A stretch of DNA of 64,000 nt. Origin: Minisyncoccota bacterium. GTDB taxonomy: Bacteria; Patescibacteriota; Minisyncoccia; Phycocordibacterales; UBA9973. The position numbers and the translations under genes are program-made. This document shows, in pieces, positions 1-8,062 of the stretch. How positions within the stretch are numbered: position 1 is the stretch's first letter; each line of letters starts with the position of its first letter. The notes beneath the pieces are model-generated. The model searched no databases. It saw only the letters and a list, made by a program, of their open reading frames with translations, and was not told the DNA's origin. The stretch is taken from positions 6,126 to 70,125 of the forward strand of contig JBAYKD010000002.1 of NCBI GenBank assembly GCA_041664745.1, in the 5' to 3' direction.

Positions 1-1203
1 ATTTATAGATAAGTTGTCTGAAAAAACCTTCTTGAGTTTATTGTTTAGTAATTTCAAATCTCCGTTATAAGAAATTTTCTCTTTCAGCAATATATATTTT
101 GGTATTTCTTCTACTATTTGAGAAATCTTTTGGTTTTGTTCGGTCATTAATTCTAAAATTACACCAATCCCTACAAGCGCATCTCTTGCAGTATTTATTT
201 TAGGGTAGATGATTCCACCATTTCCTTCTCCACTTAAAGTAGAGCCAATTTCAAACATTTTTTCCACAACATTCAGCTCACCAACTTTTGATCTTATAAG
301 TTTCTTTCCAAAACTTTCTGTTACATCCTTACACATGTTAGATGTCGACATATTTACCACAACATCAGTTTTTTCTTTTTTTAGAATATTTTTGATAGCT
401 AAGGCCATTGTATATTCTTCACTTATTATCTCTCCTTTTTCATTTACTACTAGCAGTCTATCTCCATCTGGGTCAGTAACAAAACCAATGTCTGATTTGT
501 TTTTAATAACATCTATACTTATTTGTTTTAAGTTTTTTACAAGAGGTTCAGGTGGGTGTGCAAATTCACCATCCTGTTTAGCGTTTATAATTTTAACCTT
601 ACAATTAAGCTTTTTTAAGAGTTCTCTTATTATTACGCCACTTGCCCCGTTTATGGTATCAACAGTTACTTTGTATCTAGCCCCTCTTATATCTTTGATA
701 TTAATATTTTTGAGAATTTCACTGATGTGTATTTGTCTAAATTTTTTATTATCTGTTTTTGTATAATGTATTTTTTTATTTGGTATATATTTTTCTTTTA
801 AATGTTCTTTGACTTCATTTATTTGCTCTATTATATTTTTTCCTGCAAATAAACCATCTTTGGTTACAAATTTCAAACCATTATATTCTTTAGGATTATG
901 ACTTGCTGTAATAATAATCCCTCCATCCAATTTTAACTTTTTTACTAATAGAAGTATCGATGGGGTAGGGATAACACCTGCATCTATTACAGAAATTCCT
1001 TCTTTTTTAAAAGCTAACTTTAAAATTTCAAATATTTTTGGACCACTTTTTCTTGAATCTCTACCAATAATGATCTTTTTACCGTTATTTTTTTTAATTA
1101 TTTTTGCGAAAGAAATACCAAAAGAAAAAGCTATTTCTTCATTTAATGTTTCTCCCCATATACCTCTATACCCAGAAACTGTAAGTTTTGGTTTATTTTC
1201 CAT
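1..1203 (-). CDS. phosphoglucomutase/phosphomannomutase-family sugar-phosphate mutase (C-terminus runs off the window)
   Basis: Own minus-strand translation from the ATG at 1203-1201 gives MENKPKLTVSGYRGIWGE... It has the active-site Ser loop TASHNP and the Mg loop DPDGDRL (near 450-480). The frame stays open to base 1. It is absent from the ORF track because there is no stop in the window; the 209..766 + ORF is its antisense shadow. Confidence 0.85.
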   Translation of the reverse strand, partial: MENKPKLTVSGYRGIWGETLNEEIAFSFGISFAKIIKKNNGKKIIIGRDSRKSGPKIFEILKLAFKKEGISVIDAGVIPTPSILLLVKKLKLDGGIIITASHNPKEYNGLKFVTKDGLFAGKNIIEQINEVKEHLKEKYIPNKKIHYTKTDNKKFRQIHISEILKNINIKDIRGARYKVTVDTINGASGVIIRELLKKLNCKVKIINAKQDGEFAHPPEPLVKNLKQISIDVIKNKSDIGFVTDPDGDRLLVVNEKGEIISEEYTMALAIKNILKKEKTDVVVNMSTSNMCKDVTESFGKKLIRSKVGELNVVEKMFEIGSTLSGEGNGGIIYPKINTARDALVGIGVILELMTEQNQKISQIVEEIPKYILLKEKISYNGDLKLLNNKLKKVFSDNLSIN

Positions 1204-1263
1204 TCAGTCATTATAACAGTTTTCATAAAATGAAGAAATAATTTTGTATGCTATAATATATAC

Positions 1264-2535
1264 ATGAATCTTATAGTCATTTTATCAGCCATACCTGTAA
1301 TTATATGGGCGTTTATGGCACCAATAGCCTCTCGTTTCGCAGATCTGAACTCTATAACTACAAGTTTGGGGCAGATTTTGGGCTTGGTAGGGATGGCTCT
1401 TTTTTCTATTAATCTTATCTTAGCAGGACGGTTTAAACTTCTAGACAAGTACTTTAAAGGTTTAGATAAGGTTTATGCAAAGCACGCAAGGATTGGGGCT
1501 ATAGCTTTCTCAATGCTTTTATTCCATCCACTTTTCCTAGTTGTTAAATATTTAGTTATTTCTACACAAGAAGCCGCTCTGTTTTTTGTGCCTTTTACTA
1601 ATATGCCTATCACATGGGGGATCATTGGCTTACTCATAATGATAATCCTTATAAGTTTCACTTTCTATATTAAATTGAGATACAACAAATGGAAGATGTC
1701 GCACTACTTTATGAAGCTGGCATTCTTCTTTGCGGTTATACACACATTTTTAATCTCTAGTGATATATCTAGGAATGACTTACTGCGATACTACATGCTC
1801 GTCCTAGTATTTATTGCGGCTCTCGTAAGTATTCGCAAAGTTGTTTATGATAAACTTTCAATAAAGAAATTTAAATATAAAATTGTAGGAGTAAGAATAC
1901 TCAATCAAGATATAGTAGAAGTAGAAATGGAGGCTTTAAAGAATAAAATGACCTTCAATTCTGGGCAATTTGCTTTTTGGAGCTTCTTTTCATTGGGTGT
2001 TAGTGATGAATCGCACCCATTCTCCATTTCTTCATCGACTAAAGAGAATAATTTGAAGATTACAGTTAAGAATCTTGGCGACTTTACAAGCACTTTTAAA
2101 AGTTTAAAACTAAACGATATTGTCATAGTCGACGGCCCTTATGGCAACTTTTCTTATAGTAATGTAAATAATAAAAATCAGATTTGGATTGCTGGTGGTA
2201 TAGGTATCACTCCATTCTATAGTATGGCTATGAGTTTAGAGAGTGAATACAAAGTAGATCTGTACTATAGTGTGAAAGAAAATACTGAAGCAGTCTATAT
2301 GAAAGAATTCATAGATTTATCACAAAAGAATTCTAATTTTAGATTTAAATTATGGAGTGCCAAAGATAGAGGATATATAAATGGTGAATCAGTTGCAAAT
2401 CTAAGCAGTGGTTTAGCAGATAAAGATATATTCCTCTGTGGGCCGTCTATGTTTATGGAAAGTTTGAAAGATCAATTTGTAAAACAAGGAGTCGATGTTA
2501 AGAAAATTCATTACGAAAATTTTAGTTTTAATTAA
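1264..2535 (+). CDS. ferric reductase / NOX-like membrane flavocytochrome (6-TM ferric-reductase domain plus FAD/NAD(P)H-binding domain)
   Basis: The N-terminal half is polytopic with His-bearing helices. The C-terminal half carries the FNR-type FAD motif HPFSISS and a GGIGITP nucleotide-binding loop. Size (423 aa) and layout match bacterial NOX/FRE-family proteins. Confidence 0.8.
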   Translation: MNLIVILSAIPVIIWAFMAPIASRFADLNSITTSLGQILGLVGMALFSINLILAGRFKLLDKYFKGLDKVYAKHARIGAIAFSMLLFHPLFLVVKYLVISTQEAALFFVPFTNMPITWGIIGLLIMIILISFTFYIKLRYNKWKMSHYFMKLAFFFAVIHTFLISSDISRNDLLRYYMLVLVFIAALVSIRKVVYDKLSIKKFKYKIVGVRILNQDIVEVEMEALKNKMTFNSGQFAFWSFFSLGVSDESHPFSISSSTKENNLKITVKNLGDFTSTFKSLKLNDIVIVDGPYGNFSYSNVNNKNQIWIAGGIGITPFYSMAMSLESEYKVDLYYSVKENTEAVYMKEFIDLSQKNSNFRFKLWSAKDRGYINGESVANLSSGLADKDIFLCGPSMFMESLKDQFVKQGVDVKKIHYENFSFN

Positions 2536-2551
2536 AAAGCATTATATTTAT

Positions 2552-3070
2552 ATGAAAAATTTATCTACTATATCATTGTTTATATTTGGAATTGTTCTCA
2601 CATCTATTCTCACTGCTGGTTTGGTGTTTTATCAAAATAATAAAACGGGGAATAACGTAGAGGGGAATCAAACAGGGAATTTGGTACAAGGCACGATAAG
2701 TAATCTAACATCTGGAGGGAAAAGTATAACTTTGGATATGACAGAAATAGCAAAGCACAATAAATCCATCGATTGTTTTATGCTTATAAGTGGCAAGGTT
2801 TATAACATCACTAGCTTCTTTGGTTCACACCCTGGTGGTAATGCTGCAATGGAGGCTACTTGTGGTACAGATGCGACAGCGGCTTATGCTACGAGGGACC
2901 CTTATGCAAAAACAAGTGGAACAAAAATAAATCATTCTAAAAGTGCTCAAGCAATGCTAGCTAATTATTATATAGGAGATTTGAATCAGACTATAGGTCA
3001 GCAAAAAGTTACTGCTACAAATACTGTAGTAGCTCCAAAGACTAGTGGAGATGATGAGGACGATGATTAA
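2552..3070 (+). CDS. membrane-anchored cytochrome b5-like heme-binding domain protein with acidic tail
   Basis: Start moved to the internal ATG (MKNLSTISLFIFG...), giving one N-terminal TM helix. The b5 signature is present (ISGKVYNITSFFGSHPGG). The C-terminus is SGDDEDDD. Confidence 0.75.
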   Translation: MKNLSTISLFIFGIVLTSILTAGLVFYQNNKTGNNVEGNQTGNLVQGTISNLTSGGKSITLDMTEIAKHNKSIDCFMLISGKVYNITSFFGSHPGGNAAMEATCGTDATAAYATRDPYAKTSGTKINHSKSAQAMLANYYIGDLNQTIGQQKVTATNTVVAPKTSGDDEDDD

Positions 3071-3481
3071 TTACTGAAATTCTATTTCAAATGGATACAT
3101 TCCCATACCGCAGGAGCCGTTTAGGACTCCTGCTTTCTGTGTGCCTAGATCTATGTCAGTTACTCCTGACTGAGGAAGGCTTTTGAAAAAATTCATCGAA
3201 GGAATTCGTATAGAAGAAGAACAATCGAAAGTACCTTTTGTATTCATTCTTAGTATTGTAGGAATACCTGCTTTTGCGATACTCTTTCTGGGAGTGTAGC
3301 CTCCCTTTGCTTGTATTTCTATTATTTGTTCCCCGTCTACTATTGAGACGTTATTCACAGATGCAACTTCGGTGGGAGTATCAGTGTTCTGTTTAATATT
3401 TCCCCCTCCGCTACTAGTAAGAACTAGAGCGAAGATTATCAAAGCTGTGGCTGCTATTATTGCTAAAATTGTGTTTTTCAT
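3071..3481 (-). CDS. small secreted/anchored cupredoxin-like domain protein
   Basis: It has an N-terminal TM/signal segment. Cys and Met ligand candidates are present (FDCSSS, GSCGMGMYPF). It sits downstream of the HMA-permease and copA in the same orientation. Confidence 0.5.
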   Translation of the reverse strand: MKNTILAIIAATALIIFALVLTSSGGGNIKQNTDTPTEVASVNNVSIVDGEQIIEIQAKGGYTPRKSIAKAGIPTILRMNTKGTFDCSSSIRIPSMNFFKSLPQSGVTDIDLGTQKAGVLNGSCGMGMYPFEIEFQ

Positions 3482-3484
3482 AAT

Positions 3485-4510
3485 TTAGAAGTTTAAAAAT
3501 GGTTTTATTAATCCTATTACGACCAAGCTATTAATAATATTCAGTATAGCAAATAATATAACTATTATACCTGCTGTTTTGAAAAAGATACCGGAATTTT
3601 TATTATTCTTTATACTGAACGAACTGAAGCTTACAAGTGCAAGTACCGGCAATGTTCCTAAGGCAAAGGCTAGCATTGTGAGTCCTCCATTCCAAAAACT
3701 TCCAGTCGATAAAGTATATATTTGCATTGATTGCGTGAATCCACAAGGAAGGAAGAACGTCGCTATACCTACCAATAGTGGTGTGAGGGTGTGATTTAGT
3801 TTTGATAAAGCGAAGGCTCTTTTCGAAATGAACTTTGGCATGCTTATCTGAGCTTTTTTAGTAGAGTCGAATATATCTAGAAGATTGATTCCCATGATGA
3901 ACATGACAATACCGATGAATATTCCCAGTCCGAATGTTGCTCCTGTACTAAGTGTGAAGATGCTACCTAAAGCACCAATGACGCCACCAAGTACAAAGAA
4001 TGAGACGAGTCTTCCTCCATGGAAAAGTATTTGAGGCTTCACTTTATCGCCTTCACGTGCGAATGTTGCCGACATAGAAAGTAGAAGACCTCCGACGACC
4101 GCCATACAAGTAGATAGGGAAGCAATGATGCCTATAACAAATGCTGTTCCATAAGTTACCTTTGAAGCATTTACCAAATTCACAAGTCCAACTTTTTGTA
4201 AAATAATAAATAAAACAATAAATAAGAGAGCTATGGGTATTGCAATCTTGAAATCAGATAATTTTTTATCCCTTTTTTGTTTTTCAAGTGAGAGAGTATA
4301 TCCGTGAGGCTTCAAAAGTCTCGTTAATTCTTCAGCTATTTCTCTTTCCGTTTTTTCTCCGAAATCACCTTCGATTTCTACGGAATTATTTTTCAAACTA
4401 GATTTCACATATGAAATATTTGGTAGTTCTTTCAATTCACTTTCCGTTAGTAATACACACGAAGCACAATGCATACCGTTCACATGGAATTTATGTTTTT
4501 CTTTATTCAT
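3485..4510 (-). CDS. heavy-metal-associated (HMA) domain fused to a TauE/DsbD_2-like polytopic permease
   Basis: The N-terminus carries GMHCASC (MxCxxC metal-binding fold). It is followed by about 6 TM helices with membrane-embedded Cys (STCMAVVGG, FFLPCGFTQ). The gene ends 2 nt from the copA stop. Confidence 0.65.
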   Translation of the reverse strand: MNKEKHKFHVNGMHCASCVLLTESELKELPNISYVKSSLKNNSVEIEGDFGEKTEREIAEELTRLLKPHGYTLSLEKQKRDKKLSDFKIAIPIALLFIVLFIILQKVGLVNLVNASKVTYGTAFVIGIIASLSTCMAVVGGLLLSMSATFAREGDKVKPQILFHGGRLVSFFVLGGVIGALGSIFTLSTGATFGLGIFIGIVMFIMGINLLDIFDSTKKAQISMPKFISKRAFALSKLNHTLTPLLVGIATFFLPCGFTQSMQIYTLSTGSFWNGGLTMLAFALGTLPVLALVSFSSFSIKNNKNSGIFFKTAGIIVILFAILNIINSLVVIGLIKPFLNF

Positions 4511-4511
4511 T

Positions 4512-6779
4512 TTATAATTTCTTAGTTTTTAATCGTAATGAGTTTCCGACGACAGAAACACTTGATAATGCCATAGCCATACCAGCGAATATTGGATTTA
4601 ATACTATCCCCCAAACAGGGTAGAGGAGTCCGGCTGCAACTGGAATCCCTATTATATTGTATATGAATGCCCAGAAAAGATTTTGCTTAATTCCTCGCAT
4701 GGTTAATTTTGAAAGGTGGACAGCTTTTGTTATTTTTGAAATATCTCCATGGAGAATTGTTATTCCAGCACTCTCTATTGCTACATCAGTCCCAGTGCCC
4801 ATAGCTATACCTACATCAGCTTGGGCTAAAGCAGGGGCGTCATTTACACCATCTCCAGCCATAGCCACTATATATCCCTTATTTTGCAATTCTTGTATTT
4901 TATTTAGTTTATCTTCTGGCATTACTTCAGATATAACCTCGTCGATACCAACTAATTTACCTATATAGTTTCCAGTATTTTTATTATCCCCTGTGAGCAT
5001 TATGGTTTTGATTCCCATTTTATGAAGATTTTTAATTGCATCTACTGCTTCTGGTTTGATAGCATCAGAGATCATTACAAAGCCCAAAACTTTCTCGAGG
5101 GTTGCCAATATCACAGGAGTTTTACCTTCCATCGTTTCTTTTTCAATTTCTTCTTTATCAAAACTTAGACTTAGATCAGTTAATAATTTTATATTACCTG
5201 CAAAATACTCTATTTTATTTATTGTACCCTTTAATCCTTTGCCTTTTATGATTTCAAAATTTTCAACATCACTTATTTTTATATTTTTTTCTTTGGCGTA
5301 GTTTATTATTGCATGAGCAATAGGGTGCTCGGATTTATTTTCTAAGGTTGCAAGGATTTTTATTAAATCATTATCATTTAAAACTCCGTAATTTTTAATA
5401 CTAACTAATTCAGGTTTACCTTTTGTGATGGTTCCAGTTTTATCTACAACAATTACGTTTACTTTATGTAATTTTTCAAGAGTTGCCGCATCTTTTATAA
5501 GTATTCCTTCTTTAGCACCAAGTCCGACTCCTACAATAATAGCTGTAGGTGTCGCGAGTCCTAGCGCACATGGACAAGCTATCACTAGAATCCCAACAAA
5601 TGATGATAATCCAAATGAAAGAGCAGATGAGAATCCTAAATAGTAAGCTCCTACAGAAAGCCAAATTATAAGGGTTAGAAATGCTATACCGAGAACAATA
5701 GGAACGAAAACGCTAGATATTTTATCTGCGAGTGCTTGTATAGGAGCTCGGCTGCCCTGAGCATTTTCAACCATTTTAATTATATGAGCCAAGAATGTTT
5801 CAGACCCAACCTTTGTCGCCTTGAAAGTGAAGGCACTATTAGTATTGAGAGTGCCTGCGATAACAGTATCACCAATGTTTTTCTCTGCCGGCATTGGTTC
5901 TCCTGTAACCATTGCTTCATCTATAAAAGAACTCCCTTCTGTAATGATTCCATCCACAGGGATTATTCCTCCTGGTTTCACTATTATAAAGTCTCCATGA
6001 ATTACTTCATTAATAGAAATTTCAATTTCTTTTCCATTACGAATTACGAGTGCAGTCTTTGCTTGGAGATTTAAAAGTTTTTCTATTGCATCACCAGTCT
6101 TAATTTTTGAACGAGCCTCAAGATATTTTCCAAGTGTTATAAATGCTATAACTATTATAGTCACATCAAAATATGTTTGATTTACATTTAGATATGGAGC
6201 CAAAGTTTCTTCAAATGCTCCAATGATGAAGCTATACAAGAAAGCAACAGAAGTTCCTATTCCTATCAGAGTATCCATATTTGCTTTTCCATGACGAAGA
6301 AAACGAGATAGTCCAAGTAGATAAGGCTTACCTACGACAAAGAGGGTATAAGTAGCAAATATAGGGAGCAAATGATGGAAGAATTCTTTCCAAATATTTG
6401 GCATTACTCCTACGAGATGTAATTCTGCAAATATATCCCAACCCATAATAAAGACACTAATGATAGCTAGGGGGATAACAGTCATGAGTATTGTCTTCAT
6501 GTTTTTCAACTCCATGAGTTTCTCATGTTTGGAAGTATTCATTCCCATGTGCATCATATGTTCATTTTCTTCATCTAAGGCTAGTGTATATCCCAATGGT
6601 TCTATTTTTTTTGATAGTTGTTTGCCATTTGTTTTATCTTTATCAAAATTTAGTTTGGCAGTTTCTGTCGCGTAGTTTACTTCCACGGATTCTACGCCGT
6701 CAGTTTTTTTGAAAGTTTTCTCTATTATTCCTGCACAACTTGCGCAATGCATACCTTTTATTTTATATGTTTTGTTCAT
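4512..6779 (-). CDS. copA: copper-translocating P1B-type ATPase
   Basis: N-terminal HMA motif GMHCASC, a His/Met-rich linker HMMHMGM, the CPC transmembrane motif (IACPCALGLATP), the phosphorylation site DKTGTIT, and the hinge GDGVNDAPAL. Confidence 0.95.
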   Translation of the reverse strand: MNKTYKIKGMHCASCAGIIEKTFKKTDGVESVEVNYATETAKLNFDKDKTNGKQLSKKIEPLGYTLALDEENEHMMHMGMNTSKHEKLMELKNMKTILMTVIPLAIISVFIMGWDIFAELHLVGVMPNIWKEFFHHLLPIFATYTLFVVGKPYLLGLSRFLRHGKANMDTLIGIGTSVAFLYSFIIGAFEETLAPYLNVNQTYFDVTIIVIAFITLGKYLEARSKIKTGDAIEKLLNLQAKTALVIRNGKEIEISINEVIHGDFIIVKPGGIIPVDGIITEGSSFIDEAMVTGEPMPAEKNIGDTVIAGTLNTNSAFTFKATKVGSETFLAHIIKMVENAQGSRAPIQALADKISSVFVPIVLGIAFLTLIIWLSVGAYYLGFSSALSFGLSSFVGILVIACPCALGLATPTAIIVGVGLGAKEGILIKDAATLEKLHKVNVIVVDKTGTITKGKPELVSIKNYGVLNDNDLIKILATLENKSEHPIAHAIINYAKEKNIKISDVENFEIIKGKGLKGTINKIEYFAGNIKLLTDLSLSFDKEEIEKETMEGKTPVILATLEKVLGFVMISDAIKPEAVDAIKNLHKMGIKTIMLTGDNKNTGNYIGKLVGIDEVISEVMPEDKLNKIQELQNKGYIVAMAGDGVNDAPALAQADVGIAMGTGTDVAIESAGITILHGDISKITKAVHLSKLTMRGIKQNLFWAFIYNIIGIPVAAGLLYPVWGIVLNPIFAGMAMALSSVSVVGNSLRLKTKKL

Positions 6780-6791
6780 TGTGTTTTATAG

Positions 6792-6910
6792 AACACTCCA
6801 TAAAATTATTCTCGGACTCACCACACAATAAAATTCTACTGAATTTTTTGCTCGTACTCGGCTCGTCGGCCTCCGTAAGGGTTCGCTCGAGAACATTTTT
6901 GTTGCGTGTT
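6792..6910 (+). repeat. about 119-nt palindromic intergenic element, copy 1 (fills the csoR-copA spacer)
   Basis: Near-identical to the reverse complement of 58469..58587 and clearly related to 29959..30075. Imperfect ~25-nt terminal inverted repeats (AACACTCCATAAAATTATTCTCGGA / reverse complement AACACGCAACAAAAATGTTCTCGAG). The core is GC-rich (GCTCGTACTCGGCTCGTCGGCCTCCGTAAGGGTTCGCTCGAG). Confidence 0.85.
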
Positions 6911-6912
6911 AT

Positions 6913-7176
6913 TTACTTTCTCTTCAAACCATAAACTTTTAATATTTCCTCCGTCGCCTTTTTTGTTTGACCTTTTTGTATTTGGTGGACGAGGCAGGTG
7001 CCTAGGTGGCTTTCCATTAAAGCATCCTCTACCCCCGAGAGAGCTTGCTTCACGGCCGAAGTCTGAGTAATGATATCTATACAGTATGTTCCTTTTTCGA
7101 CCATTTCCTGTAAGCCTCGAACTTGTCCTTCAATAATCTTTAAACGACGTATTAGTTTTTGATTGTTATTATGCAT
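6913..7176 (-). CDS. csoR: CsoR-family copper-sensing transcriptional repressor
   Basis: 87 aa, DUF156-like helical protein with C-H-C ligand positions (GTYCIDII ... SHLGTC). It lies upstream of copA on the same strand. Confidence 0.85.
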   Translation of the reverse strand: MHNNNQKLIRRLKIIEGQVRGLQEMVEKGTYCIDIITQTSAVKQALSGVEDALMESHLGTCLVHQIQKGQTKKATEEILKVYGLKRK

Positions 7177-7186
7177 TTGTATAGTA

Positions 7187-7204
7187 TATACCCCTAGGGG
7201 GTAT
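7187..7204. promoter_or_regulatory. putative CsoR operator (GC-tract pseudo-palindrome TATACCCCTAGGGGGTAT)
   Basis: An inverted repeat ATACCCC-TA-GGGGGTAT lies about 11-28 nt upstream of the csoR start. It matches the TACCC-N-GGGTA style of known CsoR operators. A TATAAT box follows at about 7219-7224 on the + strand (reverse-complement context). Confidence 0.55.
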
Positions 7205-7227
7205 GAGTCAAGAGGGAGTATAATATG

Positions 7228-7284
7228 TAGGCAAAAAGAAAACCCGCAAGCGAGCTTCTTTTTTGCTACGCTGTCGCGGGTTTT
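7228..7284 (-). terminator. rho-independent terminator of the 7283..7879 gene
   Basis: A hairpin AAAACCCGCGACAGCG...CGCTTGCGGGTTTT (minus-strand sense) is followed by a T-run. Confidence 0.55.
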
Positions 7285-7879
7285 AATTAAATTTTAGACT
7301 GTAGCCTATTACAAACATTGGGATATCCAACGTATGATTATAGGTTACTTCGGTAAAGATTTTTGATTTTTCGCCAATAGAGAAGGTTCTCTTGGCTGAA
7401 ACAAACCAATTCATTGGATCTGTTCTAAACCATAGTACTGATCCGCCAATACGATAGTTTTTGAAAACAGTTATTCCAACTCCTTCATAAGAAAGGAAAA
7501 ATTCTGGTTTTGTTCCAGGACTAGTCAACTCTTTGTCTTTTCCGAAACCAACTCCATTCCAAAGCATTACGTCAATGATTCCTTTTTGGTACGTTATTTG
7601 TGGACCAGTCCAGAGAACATTTTTGTAAACGCCAAAACTCTCAACTATTTGGAAATTTTTAATTTTCTTTCCAATATTAAGAATTGCCCTGTCTGCATTG
7701 GCCTGGATAAAAAGTACTCTGTTTTTGCCATTTGAAAATGATACCTTAGTATCAAGTCCAGAAGTTAGAGCTGTTTTTCCAGATGAAATTGTAATATCAG
7801 AAATCTTGAATTCCTGTGCGTTGACTGTGATTGTCGAAACAATCATGATTACAAATAATAATCCTTTAAAATTTTTCAT
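7283..7879 (-). CDS. secreted beta-strand-rich hypothetical protein (small beta-barrel-like)
   Basis: It has a Sec-type signal peptide (MKNFKGLLFVIMIVSTITVNAQE). Hydrophobic and polar residues alternate throughout. The C-terminal strand is VIGYSLKFN. Confidence 0.45.
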   Translation of the reverse strand: MKNFKGLLFVIMIVSTITVNAQEFKISDITISSGKTALTSGLDTKVSFSNGKNRVLFIQANADRAILNIGKKIKNFQIVESFGVYKNVLWTGPQITYQKGIIDVMLWNGVGFGKDKELTSPGTKPEFFLSYEGVGITVFKNYRIGGSVLWFRTDPMNWFVSAKRTFSIGEKSKIFTEVTYNHTLDIPMFVIGYSLKFN

Positions 7880-8062
7880 TTGTTTGGTTGTTTTGATTTA
7901 TAATTATTGAACTTTCTTTATCTCTCTAAATAAGGGGAACAAAGAAAGTTCAATAAATATAACTAAACCAAAAATATCAAAGAACGATAAAACTACCTAT
8001 AGTATAGCATATTTATTGGTGGTTGTCAATGGGGAAAAGAAGTCTTGTTTCCCAATCCTTTT

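Noticed and set aside
209-766. 185-aa + strand ORF from the supplied track.
   Set aside because: It gives a low-complexity Ser/Phe/Leu/Ile-rich translation. It lies antisense to a convincing PGM/PMM-family gene (TASHNP, DPDGDRL) that spans 1..1203 on the minus strand, so it is a shadow ORF.
7241-7283. Possible miniature copy of the 119-nt element (contains TTTTTTGCTACGCTGTCGCGGG).
   Set aside because: The similarity to the element core is weak. The sequence is fully explained as a terminator hairpin of the 7283..7879 gene.
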